From Lama guanicoe (taxonomy: Eukaryota): a stretch of DNA of 64,000 bases. The notes under the pieces are model-generated. The model was given only the letters and a program-made list of their open reading frames with translations. It did no database searches and was not told the origin of the DNA. The position numbers and the translations under genes were made by a program. The stretch covers positions 1,800,001-1,864,000 of the forward strand of contig MU053652.1 of assembly GCA_013239625.1 (NCBI GenBank), given 5' to 3'. Shown here in pieces: positions 1 through 13,100 of this stretch; within the stretch, counting starts at the first letter, position 1, and each line of letters begins with the position of its first letter.

Positions 1-905
1 CCTCTGGGCAGTTTATCAAAGGAGCAGGAGAGGGCGGAGGAAGAGGAGGAGGCGGACAGCTGTGTTTGGGGTCTGAATGGGTGACGGCCCGCTCGGCCTC
101 GGCTGGCCGCCAGCAGGGGAAGTGGGGAAGCTGTGAGGAGAATACCAACTCTCTCCTCGCAGCGGCCGACTCCAGCTGAAAGCAGCCTCCTCGCCCCTAA
201 ATCCAATTAAAGGCCGATATTATGTCAGTGGAAATGTATGCCAATCCTAATATAGTCTAATAAGCCTTAAAATAGCACTCTGCAAGTGGAAAGCCCTGTA
301 GTTTAATGCGATTCGCAGCCTAGTAACAGGCTTAATAAGAGGGAATTGGCCCCCTTTTATTTTCCAACTGGTCCCTGCATGCTCTTTTCTTCCCTTCTTT
401 CCTTGCCCCCTCTTCCTCTTTCTCTGGATCTCCGAGCAGTGACAGGGCGAGGCGGGAGCCGGGGAGGTGGGCACTGCCTTCCCCGCAGAGCTTCCGGCTG
501 AGAGGCTCCTGGTCCTGCTGCGGGAGGGAAGGTGGTTCTGGCACCGACTCCGGGTCCTCCACCCTACGCGTGACTCACTTCACGCCAGGACGGGTGCTTG
601 CTGTTTGCTTTCCTTCCCGTTGGCAGTGGGCGAGATGGAAGTGGGATCCCTCAAGGAGATGAGAGAGGCCTCATCCCTCCCTTCTTCCGAGGCCTGGGGT
701 CTTCACTCCCAGAACAGGACCGCCAGTGGCCACTCTCACACGCCCACCTCTGGGGCCGATGGGATGGATGGATAACTATGGGCAGGTCTCATAAACATGG
801 GCTAGAAATTGCTTCAGGTCCTGCTTTATAGAACCTTGGTCCAGTTCTTGGGAGAGCAAAGGATTTCCAAACATTTAAAAAGCAGAGTTTGGGATTTAGT
901 GTACA

Positions 906-1675
906 CTTTTTTTTTTACAGCTTTAATGAGATATAATTCACATTCCTTACAATTCACCCATTTAAAAAGTACAATTCTACGGCTTTTAGTATAATTACAG
1001 AGTTGTACAACTATCACCACAATCACTTTTGGAACATTTTTAGTATTCTGAAAAGAAACCCCACAACCCTTAGCCATCACCCTCCCCAACCCCCATGCCT
1101 TCCAGCCTTAGAAAACCACAAATCTGCTTTTCACCTCTACACATTTGCCTAGTCTGGATGTTTCATATAAATGAAATCATCGAATATGTGGTCCTTTGAC
1201 TTCTTTCACTCAGCACAGAGTGTTCAAGTTTCAGCCGTGTTATAACATGTGTCAGTACTTCATCCTTTTTTACTGCTGAATTATATTCTGTTATGGGTGT
1301 AGCACAATTTATTTAGCCATTTCTTATTTGATAGACTTCTGTGTTGTTTCCACTTTTTGGCTATTATGAATAATGCTGCCGTGAACATTTTGTGCAGGTT
1401 TTTGCATGGATGTGTTTTCACTTCTCTTGGATATAGATCTAGGATTGGAATTTCGGGGTAATACAGTAAATCTGTGCTAAACCGTTTAGGTAACTGACCG
1501 ACTTTCCCCCAGTGGCTGCATCATTTATAGTCTCACCAGCAACGTGAGACTATAAATGTGAGGGTTCCAATTTCTCCACCTCCTCGCCAATATTTGCTAT
1601 TGTCTGTCTTTTATTATGGCCACCCCAGGGCGTTTGGAGTGGTACCTCACTGTAGTTTTGATTTGAATTTTCCTG
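906..1675 (-). mobile_element. Old L1 (L1M/L1MB-like) 3' end
   Basis: Poly-T followed by acagctttaatgagatataattcaca...cactttttggctattatgaataatgctgc...ggttccaatttctccacc, typical of an antisense L1 3'UTR and ORF2 end. Confidence 0.85.
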
Positions 1676-1734
1676 AGTGGAATTAATGTACTTTTGGTCT
1701 CAACTAGCCTGTCAGCTAATATAAACAGTGAGTG

Positions 1735-1910
1735 ATGAATTCAGACCTCAGCTCTGGTGATTATTAACCAGATAATCTTGAATAGGTAACAATTTCTCCG
1801 AGTCTCAGTTTCCAGATCTGTTGAATTTGAGGTTGAGATACCTCCTCAGGTTGTGAAGATAACAGAGAATGTAGGGGAAGCAGCCAGCTTGCAAAGGGTA
1901 GGCTCACAAT
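1735..1910 (+). mobile_element. MIR SINE
   Basis: Core ctccgagtctcagtttccagatctg...ggttgtgaagataac. Confidence 0.65.
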
Positions 1911-3639
1911 TCACGTTCCTTCCCTCCCCTCACCCCTGATACTTATACCCCCATTTTCATCCTGGCACAATAGGAATGATATTGATATGCGCTCCACCAA
2001 TTTTACAGCAAGGTCAGGAGGAAGACTATAACTTCAAAAAGAAAAAGAAGGTGATGATGGATTGAGTTGGGACAAAGAAAAAGTGCGTTTGATGCCAAGA
2101 TAAAGAAATTGAAGTTTTTTTTTTTTAACAAGGAGAATCAAAAGGTGAGGAGTGACATAATAACCATCTTCAATATAAGAGAGGTTATTATGTGGGGATG
2201 GTGACCAGCTGTTCCCCATCCCCGCTAAGGACATCAGAAGGAAAAATGCATTTAAACTGTGGGAAGTAGCCTGTAGCTTAGTTATTAGGAAGAGCTGCTT
2301 TGCTGTCAGGGTCATGAAACATAGGAATGGGAATTTATCAAATTTCCTGTCCCTGAAGGCCTCTCCAAATATGATAAACTGCATCCAGGAGCATGAATGA
2401 GATGCCCCGAGGCAGGTCCTTCCATCACAAAAGCATTGTATTTCCTGGCAGTGCCCACCCTTGGAGGCCCTCTATGTAACCACCCTCCACGTGTACCTGG
2501 TGGTGTTGTGGGGACTCCTCCTCTCCCCACCCCTGCCCCTCCCCCTTCCCCCTACCTCCATCACTTCACCCCACCCCCACCCTGGTTTGGGCTGAATCTT
2601 CCTGCTCTCTCCTCACCCTTAATTGTGCGGGAGTTGCTGCTCTGTTTTAGTAGTGAGTGATGTGGTTTCTATACATAGCCCCAGCTTATAACTTCTTTGG
2701 CAGCTCCTGGGTTGAAAGGTGCTTTTAAGAGAGAGGGAGAAAAAAAGCTAAATAACCCTTTTATTTAAAAAAAAAAACTTTCAAGAAAAGCTCAAATGTT
2801 TGGTCCTTTAATTGATGGCTCACTGTGGCCATTATTATCCTTAGCAGGTTTTTTGAGTGGGGGAACTTGGTGGCTACTTCAGTTTTACGGATGAGCAGAT
2901 CAAAGTACCTGTTGGGGAAGGCATAGCATTAGGGTCACAGAGGGAACATATCTGACTTGGGCGCTGCTCCCATGAAGAACCCTGTCCCTGTCTCTCTGTG
3001 GGGTACATGGTTGTAGCTTCCACTGCGGTCATCCCACCTGGCTCCCATATAGTATAGTGATCTGGAAATGTCAGGAGGCTTGTCTCCACCCCCAGGACCA
3101 CAGCTGGACTTCCATTGGCCTGAGCTTATCAGGATAATCCTCTCTGCCTTGTCTCACAGGGTTTGATCCAGATAATCCTAAACCAGTAAGTGCCCAGAAT
3201 GTCCCTGGTCCCAGAGGTTGGGGCTTCCTCCAACCCGCCTCCACCCCTGCACCCCCATATTTTGGGCTGTGCTTTCTTTGCCTTCTCTGGGCTGCAATGC
3301 ACCTGGATAGGGCTCCCCACAGCCCCAGGAGCATCAGGAGTGGGGCCTGGGGCAGCCAGAACCCCTGAGGCCATCTGCCTACCCCTGTGAGCAACCCTCC
3401 GGTTTACCTCAACGTATTCTACAAATGCAACTTTACTGCAGGTGTCGTGATGTGAAAAGGCTGGGGGACTCTGAGCCGAGGAGAGGAGAATGAGAAGGGG
3501 AGATGGGCATGCCTTCAGGCCCTCGCTCACATCCTCGAGGATTTGCCGGCTGTTTCCTCGGACTGAATTCCCTTAAGGAAAGGCAGGAGGGTGGCCTGAA
3601 ACATCTTAGGCCTATATGGGTTTTGTTATTGTGTTAAAT

Positions 3640-3728
3640 ACTAGGAAACTGAGGCAAAGAGGTTACCTGGGCAAGGTGATTCAGTTAGCAGTGGCAGGGC
3701 CGGAGTTTCACCCAGACAGCCTGGCTCC
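3640..3728 (-). mobile_element. MIR fragment
   Basis: ggaaactgaggcaaagaggtt...aaggtgattcagttagcagtggcagggccgg. Confidence 0.65.
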
Positions 3729-5669
3729 TCCACCCTCATCTCTCCAGCTGAGTGATGGCAGGCAGGGGAGGAAGGGCAGGTTTAGAGCTGACGCCTTCTA
3801 CCCCCAGAAATCACTTCTCTAGCACCAGCCGAAGGCGAAACCATGAAGCAAATGAAACTTCCACCTCCTTCCCTGGCATGCTGTCCCCCATGTCTGTCCC
3901 AGAAGAACCACACCTGGGAAGGCTGCAAAATCATAGTGTCTGGCTATCCCATGTCCATGCTTTTGTGGGGGGGAAATCTGGTTCATGTGAACACACTGGT
4001 GGCACTGAAGTGCCTTGGAAGGTCACATGCTACCTGGAAAGACTGAGAAAGGGGGGAAGGAGAAGGTGAAGCCAATGAAAGAAACAAGGATGGCCCTGGC
4101 ACAGGAGCTAGAAGCGTGGCATGCAATCTGGGCTCTGTAGCTCTCTATGTGATTCTGGGCTGCTGTCTTCCCTCCTGGAACTCGGGTGTGGTTTGCAGAC
4201 TCTTCCAGGAGCATACAACCCCCTGTCCCTCTGGGTGACCTGCTCAACACTAGATGGCCTCCCCTTCTGTGACCCATCCAGCATTTTCTGCTTGGCCATC
4301 TTGGATGGCGTTCTTGGGCAGCAAAACTCTTCCAGAAACACCTCTTTCCTGTGCTGGCATTGATTTTTGACCCATTGATTTTGTTTTCTAGTCCCTTTCT
4401 CAAATCTTTTGTTCCCCTCCCCACCCCCGGCACCCTCCCACAAACACACACACTTGCGTACAAATGGGCTCACGCTTTGGAGAATTCAAACTTCCCGACA
4501 GATACTCCCTCTGTCTGCATCTTGCTTAGTTTCCAGGTGATGAAACTGGCCTTGGGCCTGGTGGTTGCCATGGAGACGCATCCCTGCTTCCCACCCCACA
4601 TCGGCCCTTGAGCTCTTCCCAGCAACCTTTCTGGGCTAGAGAAGAAAGATCAGGCGTTGCCCTCTGTTCCTCCTTCTTTGCAAGGAGGGGAGAGAGAGCT
4701 TTGATGCTACCTAATCCCAGTCTTTCCACCAGGGAGAGGGCAATGGCTGGCAAAAAATCCAGGAGGTTTTCTGTTTGCCTTGGTGTGTTAGCTAATTATC
4801 CCAAGCAGTGATCAGAGAGAAAAGGAAAACAATGGAATCAGAGTAACGTCCATGTTACTTATGTTTTATCATCTTTGGCAAGGTCAACAGAGGGATGCAG
4901 TTTTACTTCTTTGTCTGACCCTTCATTTAATGTCATCTTCTTACTGCAGAGCAGATCTTACCGTCTGTTGATATCATCATCAAAAATACCTCACCTTCTC
5001 ACTCAAGGCTCTGAATAGACAGCTCGTCAATAATATGTACCTTCACCTCTGCAAGGGCACTTCCTCCAGGAGCTTAGATTGGTCCAGATTTCCAGTAGAA
5101 TACGTGTGTGTGTAATTTATCCAGAACTGATCTCTAAGCATCTCAAAGGACTTTAGCCAGTGCCTTAGGTAACCTAACCCCTGTCAGCAGGAGAGGGCAC
5201 CTGCTCCCTGCAGTGGGCAGATGAGGGAGTCTGACATACACAGTGTAAGTAAGGGATGCGTGTCCTTCCCGAGACTCCAGGAAATTAACCAGGTTGAAAT
5301 CTAGTGGCCACAAAGGGAAAACAATCTAGGTTTCCTGATTGTTCCGTGGCCTTGCCGACGTGTTTGAAAAGCAGGCCTACTGGAAAAATTCTAGCCGCAA
5401 GACTTGCTTTACAGAGAGTGGGATGGGATTAGCACTAGATGGGGAACGCGGTAACCTGGGCTTTAATCTTGCCTCCTCCATTACCGACTGGGCAGGGTCA
5501 CGCAATATTTTTGAACTCTGGTTTTTAACTTTTTTCCCCCACCTAAAAAAACTCATTTAAAATTCCGACCTGCCTCCCTCTAGGGGGATCCAAAGATGTG
5601 AAGATACTTTGTAACCTTCATGCCAGAAATGCTAAGTTTAATTAAAGCTCCGAGACATCTCCTTTGGTG

Positions 5670-5790
5670 CTCACGACTGTCCTGTGAGGCTGGCATTATA
5701 GTCTAAGGTGCAGAGAGATCAAACAACCTGCCCAGAGTCACCCAGGTAGCAAGCCGCAGTGTCTGCACCAGGATCTGCTGACTTCAACTT
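5670..5790 (-). mobile_element. MIR fragment
   Basis: cctgtgagg...acctgcccagagtcacccaggtagcaag. Confidence 0.5.
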
Positions 5791-6587
5791 GAGGGCCTTT
5801 CATCAGCCCACAGCTGTCTGTGGGAACAAGGTTAAACCAGCGCTGAGACTCGGGCCCAGAGACAGGGTCATTTCAAGGTCATCCCAACAAACAGCCTGCT
5901 GTACCAGCTCTGCAATGGTATGCAGCTCCGGTGACCAGGAATTAGAAGAGCCTTTTGGTTGCTGCAGCAGATGGGGAAGGGGAGAAAGGGACAGCGTGGA
6001 GAGGAGGAAGAGTGGAGGGGACCACGTGAACGCCCGTGAGGGCCTGGAAGAGGGGAGGGTGATGTACCCCGCTGAAGGCCTTTGAGCCCAGAGCAAATGT
6101 GTGTCTTTATCTTTGTCTGTACAATTTATGGTCCAGCTGGGCTCTTCCGCAAGGCCGGGGCTGTTCTGGCACTGCCAGAAGAGTTACTCTAGGGGTGAGA
6201 CACTGCAGCCCTGGGGCCTTGCCAGGAGCCTGATGTAGTCATGGTTATTGGAGGGAAGTTCCCAAGTAGAGGTGGCTGGCAGAGCCCAGAAGATTTAGAG
6301 AGCACGACTCTGTGGAGTTTCCAGAGCAGCTAACTGACCTGGACTCACGTGTGTTGGAACCATGCATTGTATCATTTCCTTCCCCCATGGGTTTTGACAG
6401 GTGCTCCTCTTGACTCATTCACTCGTTCATTCATTCAGCAGCAAGCTGGGTGGTTGTTATCCCTGTAGAGGGGATGTAACTTGTCTTTTCTACAGGAGAG
6501 CTCAACGTCCTGGGTAGACTTGAGTTTTCCTGGCCTCAAGAGATAAGGAAGAGCAAAGTGTTCATCTTCAGTGCTCAGGATGACAAG

Positions 6588-6675
6588 CACCCATGGATGT
6601 AAAAATTGTTACAGTTCACCATTATCTGTAACAACCCACCCATGGACGTAGAAATTATTACAGGTCACCATTGTC
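6588..6675. repeat. Two-copy tandem duplication, period 49 bp
   Basis: cacccatggatgtaaaaattgttacagttcaccattatc at 6588 versus cacccatggacgtagaaattattacaggtcaccattgtc at 6637; 34 of 39 identical. Confidence 0.9.
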
Positions 6676-8187
6676 CAAAGAACTCTTTGGAGCTGTTCAG
6701 TTACTAGGATAAAGGATGATCCTTCGGCGTGCTGAATTAGCAGAAAAGTGAGTTAACCAATGCCGTAGTTTTGCGTGTCCTGTTAGCTTTCTAATATCAG
6801 AGTAACCAGTCTAAATGGGATCAGCCTCTGGACGTTAATGCCTGTTTTGTTGGTTATGAGTTTTAACACTCTTCTCATCAATGGGATATCCTACGCTCAC
6901 ACCTACACCCGTTTCCAAAAGGAGTTATTGTAAAGATTGAAGACCTATCCAAATAGACGTATGCATTTCCGTTTGTTCATTTCACCAACATTTATCGATT
7001 GCTGGTACCTATTCTGCTGGGGGATATATTTATTATGTACACATTTCCAGTGAGAAAGCTGAGGTAAGCTGTCCTAGAGGGCACACCGAATCCCCAGTGC
7101 CCCCTCATTTCTCTTATTAGGGGAAGGGTCCTCCTGCTGGGTTTTGTATTTCGACACAGGATCCCTGCACACCTTGGAGAAATTAATACTTCCCCAAGTT
7201 TCACTGAAAAATGAGTTCTTCTCAACTCCTCCCTTCCTGGAAACATAATTAAATTGGAATATCAAAACTGACAACACTTTGAAGACAGAGGCAGAAATAC
7301 AAGATGTTCCGATAAACAGCTATTGGGAACCTGCATCAAACCAATCGTGTAGATGATGGAAAAACATAAAAAGGAGAGAAGAGGAAGGAGAAAGCGGAAG
7401 ACTGCCCCTGAGAGAGAGTGCGAGGGGTCTGGATGCTGGCCCTTGTTTGCAGGGGCCAGTGCTGACTATTTCTGGGCACAGAAAGTAGGCAAAGCACAGT
7501 CCTTGCTCTCCAGGTGCTGAGACTCTAAATGGTCCTTTACTGCACTGGCATCCCCACCCCACCCCAGTTCTCCCACCCCGAATGCTCAGAGTTTTTCTGA
7601 ATTTTATCTTGAAGATCCACATGTCCTTTATCACATCATAGCCAGATGGGAGGTTATCATTTCTGTGGGGCATGCTGAGGCAGCCTCCCCAGGAGCTGAG
7701 GGGGAAAGCTCTGTCTTGACACACCTGTGGCCCCTTCCCAGCCTTCTGTGGGTGCCCTGGATGCTGCAGGGACGTGCTCATTCCAGGTGACTTGTCTCAC
7801 ATGTGAAAGGACAGGTGCCTTCAAGAAGGCATGGAACGTATTCTCCTTCCTTCAAGCCACAACTGCCCTTGGTCTTTCCAATGAGGCACAGCAGTCAAGT
7901 TGTTGGTGGGATGATGGGAGTTCCTGTGGGAGTGAGGGAGGGTGACCAGTGGGTGTCTGAGTGTTCGTTATCACAGAGGTCGCCCCTGCTGGTGCACTTC
8001 CTGGTTGTGGGCTCTCAGGCAAGCCTCAGTTTCCCTCTTGTTCTCCTACCAGTGTCTCTCTAAGCCAGAGGACTCTGGAAGGATGACCTTTCCCTTTTAA
8101 AAGGATGGAAGCTTCAGAAAGACTTTGGGCTCCCCGGAAAGAACAGTGCAATAATGATTAGGAAGTGGGCCATTTAAAAAGAACATT

Positions 8188-8410
8188 CCAGACAGAAAGT
8201 GGAATGGTGGTTGCCTGGGGCTGGGGGGAGGGAGGTTTTTGTTTCATGGGTCCAGAGTTTCAGTTTTACAAGATGAAGAGTTCTGTGGATGGATAGAGGT
8301 GGTGGTCACACAACAGTGGGAATGCACTTAGCACGACTGAACCATACACTTAACAAATGGTTAAGATGGTACATTTTATGTTTTATGGGTTTTACCACAA
8401 TTAAAGAAAT
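8188..8410 (+). mobile_element. Old L1 (L1MB-like) 3'UTR fragment
   Basis: agacagaaagtggaatggtggttgcctggggctgggg...agagtttcagttttacaagatgaagagttctg...aaatggttaagatggtac...taccacaattaaa. Confidence 0.85.
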
Positions 8411-9224
8411 TTTTTCAAAGGGGCTTTCCATGGAAAGCGCACCTCATGTATTCTTTATTGTTTCAAAGTAGCTTCCTCTCTTCTTTTTATAGTATGTTTT
8501 TCTAGCCTTTGAAAAAACAAACAAACAAAAAACCAAAAAACCTTACTCTTTTAGATAGATCCTCAGCCCTGGAGCTTTGAATTCTGCTCTCCCTCCCCTT
8601 TCCCAGGGGACCTCTGCCAGACACCAGGGCCCCTCAGCCCTCTCGTGGACATCTTTGGAGGGAAAGCACCTACTGGGCCAGTCAGGCTCAGCTAGGCTCC
8701 CTTCTCCTTAAGCCAGCTTGCAAAAGTCTCAGTCACGTGAGGTGATCGGCAGAATCACGGCCTCACATCTGTGCCCCCAAATCCCTGAGCCCGAGAAGCA
8801 GGAGGCGGGACTCTTGCTTTGGACTGTGCTTTTGAAAGTGTATTAAAGCACGCATTCGTCTATAGCAGGAATGTTAAAGCCCGGCTTAATTTATAATAAC
8901 AGCAACAATCACAGAAGCTTCCTATTTTGTAGCCAAGATGAATCTGTTTGTAACTTGTAATATTCACAGACTCTATTTGCCTAAGTCTCTTACGATGGCT
9001 TGTGAATTCTATTGTTATCGGCACTGTTACTCATACCTTGATCCATGTTACTGGGGTTTTTTTTGAGTTGCCTTCTTCTTTGGTTTTTAGTAACATCTTA
9101 ATGGCCTTATTTATAAACTCCTTAATTTTTCTGATGTTATGGGGAAGAAGAATAGTAAGAGACGGGGCAAGACTAGCTGACCTCCTCGAAGCCATGTCGA
9201 TGCCAAAGGGAAAATCCATGACAG

Positions 9225-9860
9225 ATTGATTCATTCATGTCACACACATTTAGTGAGGGTTCATTTCATGTCTCACGTGATGCGGGTGCTTAGGCCACTA
9301 AGATCCAAAATGATTAAAAGTGGGGCAACAGTGTCACCCAGACCTGGGTTCAAAGAATTCCATTTCAACTAAAATATTTAGTCGATAGCTTGTGTGAATC
9401 TGGCAGAGTTAGTTTGTATGTTGTTTCCCTCGTTAGGTAACAATAGTACCCACTTGCATATAAAATGTATATAGTAAACGCTTACATTATCTGGCATGTA
9501 GTAAGTACTCAGTAAATGTTAACTGCGATTGGTTTATCCTCCTCAAGGAGCTCATAACCCAGAAAAAGGGCCGGACCCTGGAAGGCCCAGGACTGTGCTG
9601 TTAGGGGTGGAGTCAGGGCCATAATGAGGATGAATCAGCGTGTGAGAACTAGTCCAGGCAGAGAGGGGAGCCTGGGCCGAGGGGCTGCCTTCCAGGCAAA
9701 AGAAGCAGCATCAGTCAGGCCCAGAACTGAGCCAGGGTGAGCATGTGAATGAACGGAGGAGAATCTGGCCAGAGCACTCCAAGGGGGGCCAGGGTCTGAG
9801 GCTGGAATGTTGCTTAGGACCATTCGGGAAGGGCTTGAATGCCGTCTTAAGAGCTTTGGG
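9225..9860 (-). mobile_element. L2 3' fragment interrupted by a MIR (~9335-9525, + strand)
   Basis: ttcattcat...acatttagtgag L2 tail; MIR-like cctgggttcaaa...tggcatgtagtaagtactcagtaaatgtt; L2 resumes at cctcaaggagctcata. Confidence 0.55.
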
Positions 9861-9865
9861 TTTTA

Positions 9866-10036
9866 CTGTATTTTAACAATTCTAAGACACATTTTCCTTC
9901 ACATTTTAGCATCTCTGAACTGAATGCATCTTACAATATGTTGTCACAGTTAATTGCCAGCATTTTTTCCTTTCTCAGTAGTACACAAAATTATAGTGTA
10001 CCATACGATCGGTGCCCCAGAGTAAGTGAAGTATGA
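9866..10036. mobile_element. TcMar-Tigger MITE (MER46C/Tigger4-like)
   Basis: TA-ctgtatttta...attctaagacacattttccttcacatttta, with a degenerate inverted end tgaagtatga. Confidence 0.55.
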
Positions 10037-10059
10037 TGTAACACAGTGAATATGATGTT

Positions 10060-10133
10060 CACTTTTTTCCTTTTTTATCAATGCCTTGCCTATGATATGT
10101 ACACAATAAGTATTTGTGAATGGGAGAACAGAA
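10060..10133 (+). repeat. Copy 1 of a ~75-bp dispersed direct repeat
   Basis: Matches 11703-11777 with 4 substitutions and one 1-nt indel. Confidence 0.95.
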
Positions 10134-11702
10134 GAAGGCTGCAGGACCCGAGGCCCGATTGGAGAAAGTTTCATGCTGCTATTGTTTCCTTTCTACTCCA
10201 GTGATTTGTTCAGTGTGGTAAATAAATGCCCAGTTGTGCTCAGATGTAATTCGGTGCTGATAAAGGACATGAGTCCTCCCAACTCTTAACAGCCATCGTC
10301 TCAGTGGAGGGGCCCTGGCTGGGGTTGTGTCCCCAGCCAGTGTGAACTGTCTTTCCTCACAGGGCCACACGTGGAAAATCAGAAGTGCAAGCAAGTCAGC
10401 AACAGTGCTGAGAAAGGGGCAGCGTGTTCCAGGATGACTTGCAACACTCAGACGCCTGCTGTCTCCCCATCCCCACACTCCCTGAAATGTTTACCACTGC
10501 CTCCAAGACTGGATCTCGCCGTCTGTGTGCAACTGCTGTCGCTCCTGCACAATTAGTTAAGCACCTGGGCAGAAAACTGTACTGAAGAGACGATGCTAGG
10601 AGAGGGATCTTGTATTGCTTTCGGTTTCTCCATTCTTTCGTGTGCCTTCCCATCTCTTCCGTCTCCTCCCATGCTTCGTTATGCCCTTCTTTTCTGCTTC
10701 TCTCTGTTGAGCAGAGCTGTCCTTGGAATACAGTCAATGGGTCCCCTGTGGTGGGACAAGGATGGGGAGACAGACGGTAAAGAAGAACCTGGAGGTCCCA
10801 CCAGCTGATGCTCAGAACTATCTGAGGCTTATCTACATCCCGGCGACACAAGCCACACCCCTCCGGTGGACCGGGCTGGTTGCCTAGCAACAGTGCCCTC
10901 TGCTCTTTTCACACGGGCTCCTCAGCATCGTCTCTCCTTCTCCGTGCTTCCCTTCAGACCAGTGCGTGAAGTTCATTTTGATCAAGTTTTGATTTATTAA
11001 TATAGTGCAGATAGGTGAGAGAAGTGTGTGGTATGATTTTCCTTGGATCCTCAACCCCTTAAGTTCAACCAGGCCACTAAAGGCTCTGAGTGGAATCCAC
11101 TGAGTTCTCCATCTCATCTGTACTACAGACTCACTGTGGGATTGGTTAAGAACAAAGGTCGTGGACAAGACCTAGAGAGTGAAAAAAAGTCCACTTGGGG
11201 TCTGGAGGGTCCAGAATTCTGCTCTCTCGCTGTTCCCCTGCCAAGGCCAGACAGAGAAGCCAAGTGGGTGTCTCCAGTCCTGATCTGTATTGTTTACTGT
11301 ATATGATGGGTGTGTACATTTCAGGGTCTCTGATGGAAAGAAAGTCTTCATTATTAGATTCAGCCTCTTTGCTAGGTCCTTTCAGGTCAGAATCATTGGA
11401 GTCTCTTTTCAATGCTTTCAAAGAAGCTTCCAGTGAAAATCTAGCCTTCTATAGTCATGTCTCAGTAAGCCTTGAATGCAGGCGTGGCATGTAATTCAGC
11501 ATCCAAACCAAGTGTGGGAGCCCTTGAGTATTCTGTCCCAACCTGAAAAGGTGGAAAACTCAGGTCTAATCAGTTCCAATTATTGTATCCAAAGAAGAGA
11601 CGGGGTGGAGGGGAGACAGAGCAGGGGAGAGGGGGACAAATGCTATGTTATTAAGGTTTATTTGTTTATATGTGAGCAAATACATTCATAATTGCTGCTT
11701 TC

Positions 11703-11777
11703 CACTTTTTTTCCTTTTTTATCAATGCCTTACCTATGGTATATACACAATAAGTATTTGTGAATGGAAGAACAGAA
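11703..11777 (+). repeat. Copy 2 of a ~75-bp dispersed direct repeat
   Basis: Matches 10060-10133. Confidence 0.95.
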
Positions 11778-12544
11778 TGAAACTCTAGCTTGATGGTTTT
11801 TTTGAAACAGATCTTTTCATGGGCTAAAACATGGAAAGTTGATCTGTGGAGTCTATGGTTGAGAAGTGATATTAAGTGTAAGCTGAGGAATTATTTCATG
11901 AGCTAAATGTTCATGTTTTTCTGCTATGGTGCGGTAGAAAACTTGAGATTGGAGATTGGGCAATAGAAACTAAGTCGTGTTTCCGCCCTTAGAATTTTCA
12001 CTTACACAGTGTGGCGTGGGTAGCAGACCCCTGAGCTCTAGTCCAGCTCTCACATTCTGTGATTCCAGGAGTGAACCACTCTCTCTTGCTGGGTCTCAGT
12101 TTGTCTGGACTGTAATATGGCAAGGATGCCGCTCGCTCAGTATTACTAGCTGAGCAATCCCCTGCACCAGGACAGAGCCCGAGTGATCCCTCTCTTCCCC
12201 GGGCCGCTCTGCAGTCTAGGCGAAGCTGCATCTCATCATGGAAGGGTCCCTGGGCTTCCATTCCTCCGCTTCAGCGATCCATCCCCTGAAGGGGCCTGGC
12301 CTGGAAAACAGCGACGTATGGTCAGTGCCCTCTAGAGAGAGTGACGTGAGCCATCCTTCCCCCCTCGTTTGGCAAGTGGACAGCCCAACATCCAAGTGTC
12401 ACTTTAGGATGCTGTTGGGATGCAGAAATGTGTCTTCTTAGGGGAAGAAAAGGACTATTTTCTGGTCTGGAGGATGGGATGAGTGCCAGATGAGGGAAGT
12501 GGGTGGCTGGAGTCATCAGTTTCCACAGTTAGTATCTGAGAGCA

Positions 12545-12635
12545 GGTCATGTTCAGTGTTGCATTCCCAGAGCCAGAACGTCCCCCACACCCCAGTATTT
12601 ACAGAGTGGTCACTCAGGAATTATTTGTTGAATGT
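12545..12635 (+). mobile_element. L2 3' end
   Basis: gcattcccagagccagaac...cactcaggaattatttgttgaatg. Confidence 0.5.
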
Positions 12636-13004
12636 TGAGCGTTGTAAGACATTCCACAGCTAGACTAAAAGGATATCTGGCTGTCTATAGAACATCCTCA
12701 TGTGATTTGGAGGGTGAGGATGTTAATCACTGTGTAAATATCTGAGTAATTACTGCACTGGCAGCATTTTTAAGACAATTTGTCCTAAACATGTGGAGCA
12801 AGTCGTTCTTACCAGTTACATTTCATCCAGACTTAAGAGCTGGCTGGCTTTGACAACATCAAGAGGTGTTTTTTTTTTAAATGCTCTTTTCCATAAAAGA
12901 GGAATTGACATCTGCCTTTTGCCAGTGGATTTTAAAACATTTGGGGGTCACAGAGTTTGGAGGGGCCTCCCTGAGCCGCTCAAGTGTCACTGCCTCATTG
13001 AGAG

Positions 13005-13100
13005 GCTGAGAGGAATTTGAACTTGTCAAGGTCCCTGTGCTGCTGGTAGAACTGGCATGGAGCCAGCCCTCCTGACTCCTCTCCCAGTGCTCTTTCTCTA
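13005..13100 (-). mobile_element. MIR fragment
   Basis: acttgtcaaggtcc...gaactggcatggagccagccctcctgactcc...cagtgctctttct. Confidence 0.5.

Noticed and set aside
7503..7522. REST/RE1-like motif (reverse complement tcagcacc-t-ggagagc)
   Set aside because: Half-site spacing is 1 nt instead of the canonical 2 nt.
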